DNA of 64,000 nucleotides from Candidatus Enterousia onthequi (GTDB lineage: Bacteria; Pseudomonadota; Alphaproteobacteria; Rs-D84), in NCBI GenBank assembly GCA_018064365.1, contig JAGHVJ010000004.1, positions 8,686-72,685 on the forward strand, read 5' to 3'. A model generated the notes under the pieces. That model did no database searches, had not been told where the DNA came from, and worked only from the letters and a program-made list of their open reading frames with translations. Made by a program: the position numbers and the translations under genes. Within the stretch, counting starts at the first letter, position 1. Each line of letters starts with the position of its first letter. Of this stretch, positions 1-10,213 are shown piece by piece.

Positions 1-596
1 ACGCGTTTGCGTTTGGAATATGCATTATCAACCAAATACTTGAACATACCGTATAACAATGGCTCCGAACAGCGAACACATTTATCCTCACCATTAACCG
101 ATACATGGAATTCGTCATTTTCATGCATATCAACTGTAAAACACACTCTTAAATTATCAGTTGTATATTTATTTTCATTTTCGTGCTGAACTGCCTTCGC
201 ACATTTAAATTCTTGTTTTACTAACCCCCGAAATTCGATAAAATCTGATGGTTTGAGATTTTTTTGTTCTCTGAACTCCCGCAACCGAGCGATACGTTGT
301 TCTGTCTTTTTCTGTTGTTGTTGCACTCTGTCTTTATTTTTTCCGCATTGCTGACAAGCCGTTTCAAAAACAAACACATCACAATCATATGGATTAAAAT
401 TCCATGTCCGCCCGTCAAGAGTAAAAGTCATTTTTAATTCATTTGGGAAATTGACATCTTTTTCTAATTTCAAGTTATCTGTGATGATTGTTTGTTTTTT
501 GTCGTCGTCAAACTGTTCCAGCGTATGCGTTGTACGAAATTCGCGTTTTAATAATAAATTTAAGACTTTACGTGAACAATAATTTTTAAATTCCAT
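1..596 (-). CDS. hypothetical protein; its 3' end runs off the left edge of the window (not in the supplied ORF track)
   Basis: The minus-strand frame starting at ATG (complement of 594-596) is open for 198 codons down to position 3, checked codon by codon. It reads MEFKNYCSRKVLNLLLKREF...ACQQCGKNKDRVQQQQKK...CVRCSEPLLYGMFKYLVDNAYSKRKR. No family recognised. Confidence 0.5.
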   Translation of the reverse strand, partial: MEFKNYCSRKVLNLLLKREFRTTHTLEQFDDDKKQTIITDNLKLEKDVNFPNELKMTFTLDGRTWNFNPYDCDVFVFETACQQCGKNKDRVQQQQKKTEQRIARLREFREQKNLKPSDFIEFRGLVKQEFKCAKAVQHENENKYTTDNLRVCFTVDMHENDEFHVSVNGEDKCVRCSEPLLYGMFKYLVDNAYSKRKR

Positions 597-776
597 TGTA
601 TATCCTTTATATTGCAATCATTGCCTTGTAGCGTATCACAAAACAAATCTTTGTCAACAATAAATTCACATTCTTTTTATCACACAAACACGCAGAAAAC
701 CAATGGTTTTATTATTGACCAACGGAATTATTCGTGTTATTATACCAAAACTTTAATAAATAAAAAGGAGACGTTT

Positions 777-1466
777 ATGAATATCATTATTCCAGAGTCA
801 ATACAAGTTCCAAAACCATGTGTTCGCAAATTAGCAAAATTTGAAAAAACAGACACATCTTTTTATCACAATAAAAAAGTAAAAAAGGTTAAAACACAAA
901 AAATAAAACCTGTGGCACGCAGAAATACAACCCATAAAACGACAGTACCGTATTCTGTCGATAAAAAAGAACCAACAAAAAATATTACAAAAAAAACAGC
1001 ATATATCATTATTAAATTATTTCCCGAAGAGCATCGCACACCAAAATACATCTTGGTTGGTCGCAAGAAAAAGAATGTATTAAATATGTTGAACCAAATA
1101 AACATTCATGATTTTGAGCATGAAAAACAGAAAAATTTAGAAAAATTGGTTACAGAATATGAAGCAGAATGTTCTGAAAACGCAAAGCAAAAAGAACAAA
1201 CAAATGCTGCATTTCAAATTATTGCAGATAAAAAATTATGCGACTATTTATCCCAGAAAGATGTGATTGCGCACGAATTGTCCGAACAAGCCGCTAATTA
1301 CTTTAACACCATCGAATTACAAATAATTCAACATTATAAACATGTAGTAAAACAACACAACCAATCAGAAATCACACAAATTATCGGAGAGGATGATATG
1401 CCTCAGAATCCATCTAAACATGATTTACGCATGATGGTTCACGCATTTAATCAACACACACGATAA
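777..1466 (+). CDS. hypothetical Lys-rich protein (229 aa)
   Basis: The track ORF 612-1466 begins at a TTG. The internal ATG at 777 has an AAGGAG Shine-Dalgarno 7 nt upstream (MNIIIPESIQVPKP...). A hairpin plus T-run follows the stop. No family recognised. Confidence 0.5.
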   Translation: MNIIIPESIQVPKPCVRKLAKFEKTDTSFYHNKKVKKVKTQKIKPVARRNTTHKTTVPYSVDKKEPTKNITKKTAYIIIKLFPEEHRTPKYILVGRKKKNVLNMLNQINIHDFEHEKQKNLEKLVTEYEAECSENAKQKEQTNAAFQIIADKKLCDYLSQKDVIAHELSEQAANYFNTIELQIIQHYKHVVKQHNQSEITQIIGEDDMPQNPSKHDLRMMVHAFNQHTR

Positions 1467-1483
1467 GCATTTTTGACACAAAA

Positions 1484-1512
1484 CACTCACCAAATGGTGG
1501 GTGTTTTTTTTG
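1484..1512 (+). terminator. rho-independent terminator
   Basis: Stem cactcacc / ggtgggtg (one G-U pair), loop aaat, followed by a T9 run. Confidence 0.7.
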
Positions 1513-1565
1513 TTTTACAATTTATTTTTGTAAATTTGTTGACAGTTAACAATCATCGGTTTAGG

Positions 1566-1594
1566 TTGACAATACAAAAAATTGGTCTGATAAT
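1566..1594 (+). promoter_or_regulatory. sigma70-like promoter: TTGACA, 17-nt spacer, GATAAT
   Basis: -35 ttgaca at 1566-1571 and -10 gataat at 1589-1594. The ATG of the next ORF lies only 10 nt after the -10 element and has no Shine-Dalgarno, which would give a near-leaderless transcript. Confidence 0.4.
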
Positions 1595-1604
1595 ATAAAA
1601 TGTT

Positions 1605-2549
1605 ATGAAAAATAATAGACATAATAGTTTTTTTAAAATAAAACCAATTTATTTGTTTTTGGCATGTTCGGTTTTTGGTATTGTTACGAATTGCAATAAT
1701 CAGTCGCGTAAAAATTTAGATAAACAAATTACAGAATTGGATAAAAAAATCACAAACACCCGTGATTTTTCAACTGCGGATGTCCCACAAAAATTAAAAC
1801 CAGCACAAAAAAGATATGTTCGCACTCAAAAATCTTTGACAGATAATGCCGACACAATAGATATATGTATGCGACAAAACGATAGTTTGTTCGCAAACGC
1901 ATTTAACAATTATGCTGTGCGCGTTGGACACGATTACCAATTATCTGGGTATTTACCGCCACACGATATAACAACATTTCAAAAACATTTGACCCAATTG
2001 GATTCAATGGATTTTATCAAAGAATCTGCACGCAAACGAATTTTACAAAATCACGGTTCGTTGCATGATTTGTCTTATTTTTTAGAAATGATGGATTTTG
2101 ATTCTATAAATTCAGAATTAGAAAATAAATTGGCTTGGCATTTTTATATAGATACAAACAACGCCCCTGATTCTTTGGAACAAAGCGTGTTGAATTTTGA
2201 AAATACAGAATTAAATAACGCACTGATGGCCGAATCTAATTTACTGGCCCAAGCATGGCAACAAAATTTTGCACACATTTCTGTACAACAAGACACTTTA
2301 ATTCGTCCTGATTCAACAGCCAATACGGACACCGCGAACACAGAAAGTCATGTTGTAAAACCTAATTTTTTAATACCGGAATTCGACTCTATCAAAACAC
2401 GATATTTGCATAATGACAGTGTTATTGGACAGTATAAAAATACTATGGACACAATGCTTTATGACGAAGCCAGTTTTTACGAATACGTCCAATCTATGCG
2501 ACGCAAACGCGATTCTCTGGTTCAAAAAAGACGCGAAATCGGAATATAA
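1605..2549 (+). CDS. hypothetical membrane-anchored or secreted protein (314 aa)
   Basis: N-terminal hydrophobic segment IKPIYLFLACSVFGIV. The rest is polar and Asn/Asp-rich. No family recognised. Confidence 0.55.
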   Translation: MKNNRHNSFFKIKPIYLFLACSVFGIVTNCNNQSRKNLDKQITELDKKITNTRDFSTADVPQKLKPAQKRYVRTQKSLTDNADTIDICMRQNDSLFANAFNNYAVRVGHDYQLSGYLPPHDITTFQKHLTQLDSMDFIKESARKRILQNHGSLHDLSYFLEMMDFDSINSELENKLAWHFYIDTNNAPDSLEQSVLNFENTELNNALMAESNLLAQAWQQNFAHISVQQDTLIRPDSTANTDTANTESHVVKPNFLIPEFDSIKTRYLHNDSVIGQYKNTMDTMLYDEASFYEYVQSMRRKRDSLVQKRREIGI

Positions 2550-2576
2550 AAAAAAGACCAAATTGGTCTTTTTTTC
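2548..2576. terminator. bidirectional rho-independent terminator
   Basis: A-run, stem agacca / tggtct, T-run, lying between convergent genes. Confidence 0.7.
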
Positions 2577-2963
2577 TTATCCATTTGTTAAAATTTGTTT
2601 TGCTGTTTGTAAAAAATCTAATGCCGTATCTATTAAATCATTTTGAGATGTATCTGGTGATGGTTGTACAACGTTTTGCCCCCCATCAACCGTTGGAGCA
2701 AATTCAGATGCCGCATGTGGCAATTTGCCGTTATGTATCAATTTTTTAACGCCTGCAATCGTCAATCCGTTTTTATACAGCAAATCACGAATTATTGTTA
2801 AACGTTCTATGGTTTCAGGTCGATAATAACGACGACCACCCGCACCAGACACAGGGCGAATTGCGGTCGGAAATTGTTTTTCCCAATAACGCAAAGTGTG
2901 TGCCGGCACAGACAACCGTTTCGAAACATCGTTTATTGATACGAAATATTCTGTGTTATCCAT
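2577..2963 (-). CDS. MerR-family transcriptional regulator
   Basis: Helix-turn-helix region FVSINDVSKRLSVPAHTLRYWEKQF...GGRRYYRPETIERLTIIRDLLYKNGLTIAGVKK is typical of MerR N-terminal domains. The ATG at 2963 is preferred over the GTG at 2972. Confidence 0.8.
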   Translation of the reverse strand: MDNTEYFVSINDVSKRLSVPAHTLRYWEKQFPTAIRPVSGAGGRRYYRPETIERLTIIRDLLYKNGLTIAGVKKLIHNGKLPHAASEFAPTVDGGQNVVQPSPDTSQNDLIDTALDFLQTAKQILTNG

Positions 2964-2984
2964 ACCGCACACCTTTTTTGTTTA

Positions 2985-5732
2985 TTATTCTGCATCAGAA
3001 TTTGATTCTGGGGCAACTTCCGTATTTTCTGCGTTTTCTGTATCGTCATCGGCAACAATAGAAATCGCAGATACAACCTTTTCATTTTCTGCCGTTCTGA
3101 ATAATGTTACGCCCGCAGTTGAACGACCCGCAATACGAACATCGGCGACCGGTGTACGAATTATTTTTCCACCGTCTGTAACCATGATAATATCTTGGTC
3201 ATTTGATACAGGGAACGAACCCGCCACGGCAGTATTTTTGCCACCTAATTTAATATTAGTAAATCCGTTACCACCACGATGTGTTGTCCGATATTCATAC
3301 GAACTGGTTCGTTTTCCAAAACCATTTTCTGAAATCGTCAAAATAAATTCTTCGGACAATGCCATTTTATCCATTTGTTCTGAGGTTAAAACCAAATCTG
3401 TGGTTTCTGTATCGTCATCACCAGCATCTTCTTCGATACCAGTTGCAGCACGACGCGCAGCACGTGATTGTTTTATATACGCAGAACGCACAGTTGCATC
3501 AGATTCACCATGATTCAACATCGCCATACCGATAATTTTATCACCGTCTGCAACCGTTAAACCACGAACCCCCGTTGAATTACGTCCTGCGAACACACGG
3601 ATTTCAGATACTGGGAAACGGATGCAACGACCACGATATGTTGTTAAAAACACGTCTTGGTCTTCTGTACATGGCAACACAGAAATCAAACTGTCGCCAT
3701 CGTCTAATTTCATGGCAATTTTTCCGTTTGCACGGATTGAATCAAAATCTTGCATACGATTACGACGCACGGTGCCACTGGCAGTTGCAAACATCAAGAA
3801 ATGTTCAACACCAGATTCTTGGACTCGTTTCACATCGTCTTCGGAAACTGGCAAAATTGCAGTAATTGTTTCATCTTTTTCCAATGGCAACAAATTCACC
3901 AATGGGCGGCCCTTGCCGGCAGCGGTTGCCTCGGGCAATTTGTATGTTTTTAATTTATAACACAAACCTTTGGATGAAAAGAACAACAATGGCGTATGAG
4001 TATTCGCAACAAACACATTGACGACAAAATCATCGTCTTTGGTTGTCATTGCATTACGGCCTTTGCCACCGCGTTTTTGTGCGCGATATGTATCCAATGA
4101 TACACGTTTGATATATCCAGTATTCGATACCGTCACAACCATGTCTTCGCGAGCAATCAAATCTTCGATATCAATATCAACAGATGCTTCTGAAATTTCC
4201 GTTCTGCGTTTAGATGACCAATTATCACGCACAGATGTTGTTTCATCACGAATAATTTGAACTATGCGTTCATGACTGCCTAAAATATCCAACAAGTCTT
4301 TTATCAACGCACCCAATTCAACCAAATCTGCATGTAATTTATCGCGTTCCAAGCCAGTCAAACGATGTAATTGCAATTCCAAAATTGCACGCGCTTGGTC
4401 TGCGGACATATAAAACATACCGTCTTTGTATTCTGTATTTGGATCATCAATCAATTCAATATAATTTTGAATATCAGATGCCGGCCAACCACGCGCAATC
4501 AAAGCCGCGCGTGCATCATCTGGATTGGCACTGGATTTAATCAATTCAATAACAGCATCCAGATTTCCAACAGCAACCGACAGCCCCAGTAATGTATGCG
4601 CACGATTACGCGCCTTGTTCAAATCAAATATCGTGCGACGGCGGATGACTTCTTCGCGGAATTCAATAAACGCATCTAACACACCACGAATATTGAATAA
4701 CATTGGGCGGCCACGATTCAATGCCATCATATTCACAGGGAAATTCGTCTGCATTTCTGTGTATTGGAACAAATGATTCAACACAACATCAGGAATTGCA
4801 TCACGTTTTAATTCGATAACAATGCGCAAGCCTTCCTTGGACGATTCATCACGAATTTCAGAAATGCCTTCGATTTTTTTATCTTTGGCCAATTCTGCAA
4901 TTTTCACAATCATTTGCGCCTTGTTCACTTGGTATGGAATTTCATCCACAACAATAGATTCATGGTCGTGAATATTTTCAATATGTGTCTTGGCACGAAC
5001 AATGATAGAACCGCGACCCGTTGTGTGCGCACGATATGCGCCCGCGCGTCCCATAATTATCGCACCTGTTGGAAAATCAGGCCCCGGGATTATGTCAAAT
5101 AATTCATCGTCTGAAAGGTTGTTATTATCCAAAATTGCGAGAATACCGTTGCAAACCTCTCCCAGATTATATGTCGGAACATTTGTCGCCATACCAACAG
5201 CAATACCAGAACCACCATTTATCAAAAAGTTTGGAAATTTCGTTGGCAAAACCACAGGTTCTTGTAATGTGCCATCAAAGTTCGGTTGCCAATCGACGGT
5301 GTCTTTGTCCATATCTTCCATCAAAGACGCACCCAATTTGGATAACCGGGCCTCGGTATAACGCATAGCCGCCGGTTTATCACCGTCACGCGAACCAAAG
5401 TTACCCTGGCCTTGGACCAAAGTTTCGCCCATAGAAAAATCTTGAGCCATACGGGCCATAGCCTCGTAAATAGAACTGTCGCCATGAGGATGGTATTTAC
5501 CCATAACATCACCCACGATACGCGCAGATTTCACAGTTGATTTTGTTGCAGGTGCAACATCGTTCATAACATACAAAATACGACGATGCACAGGTTTGCA
5601 ACCATCACGAACATCAGGCAATGCACGGTCCACGATAACAGACATAGCATAATCCAAAAATGATGTCCGCATTTCATGTTCCAATGACGATTGTGGGACT
5701 TTGATTTCTTTTACTTCATTATTTTCTGACAT
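2985..5732 (-). CDS. gyrA: DNA gyrase subunit A
   Basis: 915 aa. Contains [37 protein letters not shown] (catalytic Tyr) and C-terminal beta-pinwheel repeats. Confidence 0.97.
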   Translation of the reverse strand: MSENNEVKEIKVPQSSLEHEMRTSFLDYAMSVIVDRALPDVRDGCKPVHRRILYVMNDVAPATKSTVKSARIVGDVMGKYHPHGDSSIYEAMARMAQDFSMGETLVQGQGNFGSRDGDKPAAMRYTEARLSKLGASLMEDMDKDTVDWQPNFDGTLQEPVVLPTKFPNFLINGGSGIAVGMATNVPTYNLGEVCNGILAILDNNNLSDDELFDIIPGPDFPTGAIIMGRAGAYRAHTTGRGSIIVRAKTHIENIHDHESIVVDEIPYQVNKAQMIVKIAELAKDKKIEGISEIRDESSKEGLRIVIELKRDAIPDVVLNHLFQYTEMQTNFPVNMMALNRGRPMLFNIRGVLDAFIEFREEVIRRRTIFDLNKARNRAHTLLGLSVAVGNLDAVIELIKSSANPDDARAALIARGWPASDIQNYIELIDDPNTEYKDGMFYMSADQARAILELQLHRLTGLERDKLHADLVELGALIKDLLDILGSHERIVQIIRDETTSVRDNWSSKRRTEISEASVDIDIEDLIAREDMVVTVSNTGYIKRVSLDTYRAQKRGGKGRNAMTTKDDDFVVNVFVANTHTPLLFFSSKGLCYKLKTYKLPEATAAGKGRPLVNLLPLEKDETITAILPVSEDDVKRVQESGVEHFLMFATASGTVRRNRMQDFDSIRANGKIAMKLDDGDSLISVLPCTEDQDVFLTTYRGRCIRFPVSEIRVFAGRNSTGVRGLTVADGDKIIGMAMLNHGESDATVRSAYIKQSRAARRAATGIEEDAGDDDTETTDLVLTSEQMDKMALSEEFILTISENGFGKRTSSYEYRTTHRGGNGFTNIKLGGKNTAVAGSFPVSNDQDIIMVTDGGKIIRTPVADVRIAGRSTAGVTLFRTAENEKVVSAISIVADDDTENAENTEVAPESNSDAE

Positions 5733-5814
5733 ACTTTATTTTCCCCTATTTTTAACAAGTTTAAGATAGCAAATTTTTGCCGTGTGGGTCAAGAAATAAA
5801 GCCAAAAAATTACA

Positions 5815-5842
5815 TTGACAAAGCCATTGTTAGTGCTATGAT
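5815..5842 (+). promoter_or_regulatory. sigma70-like promoter: TTGACA, 16-nt spacer, TATGAT
   Basis: ttgaca at 5815-5820 and tatgat at 5837-5842, in the gyrA/rpmH divergent region. Confidence 0.4.
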
Positions 5843-5872
5843 AACAACAAGAAGAATTAAAAGGCGCAACAT

Positions 5873-5980
5873 ATGGAAAACAAATTTTTCTTGCCGGTTT
5901 GGAATTTATTTTTGGCAATTTTTGTATGGTATATAATGTTAGAAATACTGAAAAAGGCCGGTTTAGTAAAATCTAAATAA
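5873..5980 (+). CDS. possible 35-aa hydrophobic peptide upstream of rpmH
   Basis: MENKFFLPVWNLFLAIFVWYIMLEILKKAGLVKSK has one predicted transmembrane helix. It lies downstream of the promoter above, but there is no strong Shine-Dalgarno. Confidence 0.2.
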   Translation: MENKFFLPVWNLFLAIFVWYIMLEILKKAGLVKSK

Positions 5981-6035
5981 AAAGGTTGCGTTTTTATAAA
6001 AATATGATTAAATAGTTAGGCAAAAGGATTTAATT

Positions 6036-6188
6036 ATGGCAACAAAAAGAACATATCAACCATCAAAAACCCGTCGTGTTAAAACACATGGTTTTCGTGA
6101 AAAGATGGCAACAAAAAGCGGACGCGATGTTTTGAATCGTCGTCGTGCCAAGGGTCGTGCCCGTTTGGCGGTTTCCGCAATCAATTAA
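6036..6188 (+). CDS. rpmH: 50S ribosomal protein L34 (too short for the ORF track)
   Basis: Hand translation gives [50 protein letters not shown], the canonical L34 sequence. An AAGGA Shine-Dalgarno lies upstream. Confidence 0.95.
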   Translation: MATKRTYQPSKTRRVKTHGFREKMATKSGRDVLNRRRAKGRARLAVSAIN

Positions 6189-6190
6189 AA

Positions 6191-6216
6191 AATCCGGCGA
6201 TTGCCGGTTTTTTTTC
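6191..6216 (+). terminator. rho-independent terminator of rpmH
   Basis: Stem ccggc / gccgg, loop gatt, then a T8 run. Confidence 0.75.
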
Positions 6217-6220
6217 TATT

Positions 6221-6250
6221 AAAAAACGCAATCGATTTTGATTGCGTTTT
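6221..6250 (-). terminator. rho-independent terminator of the valS-thioesterase transcript
   Basis: Stem cgcaatc / gattgcg, with an A-run on the plus strand (a T-run on the minus strand). Confidence 0.65.
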
Positions 6251-6258
6251 ATTATTTT

Positions 6259-6996
6259 TTAATCGTTTGTTTTCCAGCGACACACAACAACCGCGTGTTC
6301 GGTATCCCCAGCCATAATCCGATGATACGATGTGTCCGGCTCTAATTTAACCTGGATTTTTATATCAGGTGTATTTGCGTTTATTTCGTGTTCAAAATAA
6401 ATTTCTATCCCGGTCAATCTGTGCGTATTACGAAATTCAAAACCAACACTTTCTGTCGCCCACACAGCATACACCGCATTATTGATATGTTGGTTGACAT
6501 CTATGTCATCAAAACGACATTTTACAGAATGTGTTTTTTCCGCATCAAAATCTGGTGCTTTGTTAAATGAAATATCCCAAGCACGTTCATCAATAATACC
6601 TCTGGTAGCCAAATCTTCATCCAAACGCAATGGACGACGAGTATTCATATCTATTAAAACCCATTGGCTGGTTGCACGAATCATTAAACGGCCATCTTGT
6701 TGATTTCTGATTTCAAAATCACGATATGTCCGAACACCATCATGTCTGGATGGCCAAGTTGTCAGCACAATACGGTCTTTGAATTTTGGTAATTCAATTA
6801 TATCAACCATATTATGTGTGACAACCCATGCGATATTATGTTGGTCACAATATGTACGCCCAACGCCTAATTCTTGGGCATGAGAACCCGCCGCACCTTG
6901 TAAAAAATTCATCAACATAATTGGGCGCAAAAAACCGTATCTGTCGCATTGGTACGATTTAACCAATATGTCTTCTGTATATTTTTTTATCTCCAT
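6259..6996 (-). CDS. acyl-ACP thioesterase family protein
   Basis: The pattern YQCDRYGFLRPIMLMNFLQGAAGSHAQELG ... IVLTTWPSRHDGVRTYRDFEIRN..G..MIRATSQWVLIDMNTRRPLRL matches the double hot-dog Fat-type acyl-ACP thioesterase family as I remember it. Confidence 0.7.
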   Translation of the reverse strand: MEIKKYTEDILVKSYQCDRYGFLRPIMLMNFLQGAAGSHAQELGVGRTYCDQHNIAWVVTHNMVDIIELPKFKDRIVLTTWPSRHDGVRTYRDFEIRNQQDGRLMIRATSQWVLIDMNTRRPLRLDEDLATRGIIDERAWDISFNKAPDFDAEKTHSVKCRFDDIDVNQHINNAVYAVWATESVGFEFRNTHRLTGIEIYFEHEINANTPDIKIQVKLEPDTSYHRIMAGDTEHAVVVCRWKTND

Positions 6997-9398
6997 TATT
7001 TTCCCTCTATACTTTCGGCAACAACAAAATCAATTGTGTCGCCCAGTATTATATTATTAGCACGCGCCGCAGATTTTATCAACCCATGTAATTCAGGATT
7101 CGTATCCGATGGAATTGTCAAACTTTCTAATTTTGCACCATTTCCAATCTTGCGTTCTGTGCGCAGACCACGAACAGTTTTTAATATATCCAATGCAATC
7201 TGCATTCCCGACACATCGGTATCGTATTCATTGCTCACTTCTGGGTATTGGGTCAGATGCAATGTTTCTGTGCCTTCGTATTCTTTATAAATTTTCTGCC
7301 ACAATTCTTCGGTCACAAATGGAATAAACGGCGCATACAAACCGATTATCGCACGCAACACTGTGTACAATGTCCATTGTGCAGACAATTTCGATTCAGC
7401 AGAATATTTTTCAGGCGACCAAAAACGGTCTTTGATAAATTCCAAATATTTATCACAGAATATTTCCCAGAAAAATGTATCGACTGCAACACGAGCATTA
7501 AAGTTATCGTATTTATCTAAATTACGACGAACATCTGCAATAGTTTTGTTCAATTCATATAATACCCAACGGTCTTCGATAAATCTTTCTGAAACAGGGA
7601 TTTTCTTTGATGTGTTTGGTTCAAAATCTGTCAAATTCATCAAAACATATTTCGACGCATTCCACAATTTAGTCAGCAATTTAGAACCACGTTTAACCTC
7701 GTCATCACTGTATCTTAAATCTGTACCGATTGGTGCAGTCGCAATCCAATAACGCAACGCATCAACACCAAATTTTTCAACCGCGTCCAATGGGTCTGTG
7801 CCGTTGCCTTTGGTTTTTGACATTTTTTGCCCCTTGGAATCACGCACCAATCCATGGAAATTTAATGTCTTGATTGGAATATCACCCATAACATACATAC
7901 CCATCATCAACATACGCGCAACCCAAAAGAATATAATGTCCGCCGCAGTATATAACAAATCTGTGGGATAATATTTTTTTAACTCTGGCGTATCATCTGG
8001 CCAACCAAGTGTTGAAAATGGCCATAATCCAGACGAAAACCATGTATCTAAAACATCTGGGTCGCGGGTCAATTTTTTACCACCAGATTGTTTTACTGCG
8101 TCCGCCTCGGATTCGGCAACATAAACATTACCCGATTCATCATACCACGCAGGTATGTGATGTCCCCACCACAATTGACGAGAAATTGTCCACGGACGAA
8201 TTTCACGCATCCAGGCCATAAATAAATTATACCGATGTTCAGGGATGAATTTTACTCTGCCAGCCTCGACCGCAGCAATAACTGGTTCTGCCAATTTTTT
8301 TGCATCAACAAACCATTGTGTCGTCAACATTGGTTCAACCGGAACACCACCACGTTCAGAATATGGTGTTGGAATAATTTTGTCTTCGATTTTAACCATC
8401 AAACCAGCCGATTCAATATCTTCTACAATCGCCTTGCGCGCGACATATCTGTCCATACCACGATATTTTTCAGGCACAACATCCGCATTATTCAACTTGG
8501 CGTCCGGGGTTAAAATACACAACGGTTCCAAGTTATGACGAAGTCCAACCTCGTAATCATCAAAATCGTGCGCAGGTGTAATTTTTACCGCGCCTGTTCC
8601 CTTTTCAGGGTCTGCATGCACATCGGCGACAATTGGGATTTCAATATCTGTCAACGGAATAATCGCGCGTTTTCCAATCAAATGTTTTAACTTTTCATTT
8701 TCTGGATGTATCGCAATTGCCTTGTCTCCGAATAAAGTTTCTGGACGCGTTGTTGCAATTTCAACATAACCACCATCAACCAATGGATAGTTGAAATAGT
8801 AAAATTTTCCGTGTTCTTCACGTGTATCTATTTCCAAATCAGACACAGATGTTTGTTGTTTAGGACACCAATTCACCAAACGTTTTTCACGATATATCAA
8901 ACCCTGGTTATACATTTTCACAAACAATTTTGTGACTGCACGAGATAATCCGTCGTCCATCGTAAAACGTTCGCGTTTCCACACAGGCGTCACACCCAAG
9001 ATATGCAATTGGTTTATAATTTGGCCACCTTTGTCCTTTTTCCATTGCCATGCAGCATCCAATTTTTCATCCAAAGACAAATCGCGAGGATTTATTCCGC
9101 GTTTAGACAAATCGCGTTCAACCAATAACTGGGTCGCGATAGACGCATGGTCTGTTCCAGGTTGCCACAAAACATCAAAACCATTCATACGTTTATAACG
9201 GCACATTATATCCATCAACACATTATCCAACGCATGCCCCATATGCAAATTACCCGTCACATTTGGTGGTGGCATCATTGTGCAAAATGATTTTTTATTG
9301 GAATTTACATCGTTATCCCAGAAATTATTTTTATCCCAAAATTCTTGGATTCTGGTTTCCATATCACGCGTTGTGTTTTTGCCAAGTTCTATATTCAT
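6996..9398 (-). CDS. valS: valine--tRNA ligase, bacterial type, short form (800 aa)
   Basis: PPPNVTGNLHMGHAL, GTDHASIATQ and KMSKTKGN motifs, with an editing domain present. Its stop overlaps the thioesterase start (TAATG). Confidence 0.95.
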   Translation of the reverse strand: MNIELGKNTTRDMETRIQEFWDKNNFWDNDVNSNKKSFCTMMPPPNVTGNLHMGHALDNVLMDIMCRYKRMNGFDVLWQPGTDHASIATQLLVERDLSKRGINPRDLSLDEKLDAAWQWKKDKGGQIINQLHILGVTPVWKRERFTMDDGLSRAVTKLFVKMYNQGLIYREKRLVNWCPKQQTSVSDLEIDTREEHGKFYYFNYPLVDGGYVEIATTRPETLFGDKAIAIHPENEKLKHLIGKRAIIPLTDIEIPIVADVHADPEKGTGAVKITPAHDFDDYEVGLRHNLEPLCILTPDAKLNNADVVPEKYRGMDRYVARKAIVEDIESAGLMVKIEDKIIPTPYSERGGVPVEPMLTTQWFVDAKKLAEPVIAAVEAGRVKFIPEHRYNLFMAWMREIRPWTISRQLWWGHHIPAWYDESGNVYVAESEADAVKQSGGKKLTRDPDVLDTWFSSGLWPFSTLGWPDDTPELKKYYPTDLLYTAADIIFFWVARMLMMGMYVMGDIPIKTLNFHGLVRDSKGQKMSKTKGNGTDPLDAVEKFGVDALRYWIATAPIGTDLRYSDDEVKRGSKLLTKLWNASKYVLMNLTDFEPNTSKKIPVSERFIEDRWVLYELNKTIADVRRNLDKYDNFNARVAVDTFFWEIFCDKYLEFIKDRFWSPEKYSAESKLSAQWTLYTVLRAIIGLYAPFIPFVTEELWQKIYKEYEGTETLHLTQYPEVSNEYDTDVSGMQIALDILKTVRGLRTERKIGNGAKLESLTIPSDTNPELHGLIKSAARANNIILGDTIDFVVAESIEGK

Positions 9399-9478
9399 TT
9401 CTGTGCCTTATGTTTTCTAGTATAATTGCGAGATAATTTTACAACAAATAAACGCAAAATCAAGTAGTTCAACAAATT

Positions 9479-10213
9479 TTACATACCGCGAACAACCCTG
9501 CAAAACGACACCCCAGAAACAGATGCCGCGCCCGCCCGCATCAGCACACGACGCAATTCGGAAAATGTCGCCCCAGATGTCATAACATCATCGACCAACA
9601 ATATATGTTTCCCGCGTATTTTATCAGGACGCACCACACGAAAAACACCATGAATATTTCTGGCACGTTGCGCAGCATTTTTATGTCCCATATCTGCCCT
9701 GTATTTTCGACGCACAGAATCATAATCTATGAGACAATTCATTACACGCGCAATTGGGCGCGCCAATAATGCCGCCTGGTTATAACCACGATGAAATAAT
9801 CTGCGCCATGCCAATGGCACCGGCATAACAACATCCAGGTTTGACACATCAATATCACGCAAAGCCCAAATCATTGCGTTTGACATGGCACGTGCATATT
9901 TTATTTTTCCTGCATGTTTAAACGGCAACATTATTTGCTTTGACGCATCGTCATAAACACACGCACTGCGTATCCAATCTAATTCGTTTTTGCCCGATGC
10001 ACAAACAGGACACAACATATTATCATCAAAATCATATCCTGGGGCAAAAGGATAACCACATTTTGCACAATGCGGACCGTCAATCCAATTTACCGCAGTC
10101 CAGCAATCTGCGCAAAATTCGCCATGTGTAGATACGCCCGTATTACACAATGGACATACGGGCGGATAAATAAAATCGGCAATTTTTTGAAAAATATCAC
10201 GACATTTTACCAT
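9479..10213 (-). CDS. comF: ComF-family protein (zinc-finger plus phosphoribosyltransferase domain)
   Basis: N-terminal CPLC...CADCW...CAKCG...CPVC cysteines and a C-terminal PRTase motif ILLVDDVMTSGAT. Confidence 0.85.
   Translation of the reverse strand: MVKCRDIFQKIADFIYPPVCPLCNTGVSTHGEFCADCWTAVNWIDGPHCAKCGYPFAPGYDFDDNMLCPVCASGKNELDWIRSACVYDDASKQIMLPFKHAGKIKYARAMSNAMIWALRDIDVSNLDVVMPVPLAWRRLFHRGYNQAALLARPIARVMNCLIDYDSVRRKYRADMGHKNAAQRARNIHGVFRVVRPDKIRGKHILLVDDVMTSGATFSELRRVLMRAGAASVSGVSFCRVVRGM

Noticed and set aside
2896-3513. Long ORFs antisense to conserved genes. Examples are 2896-3513 (+) opposite gyrA, 10526-11107 (+), 11530-12159 (+) opposite the RND pump, 24093-24677 (+) opposite the suhB-like gene, 57595-58167 (-) opposite pnp, 42324-42725 (-) opposite mreB and 50641-51072 (-) opposite the coupling protein.
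   Set aside because: Each lies entirely inside a gene with unmistakable family motifs on the other strand. Their translations are low-complexity, Ser/Ile/Phe-rich and lack motifs, which is typical of shadow ORFs.
6996-9398. An archaeal/Rickettsia-type ValS, suggested by the short 800-aa length.
   Set aside because: The motifs are bacterial type (PPPNVTGNLHMGHA and GTDHASIATQ). Only the C-terminal coiled-coil extension is missing.
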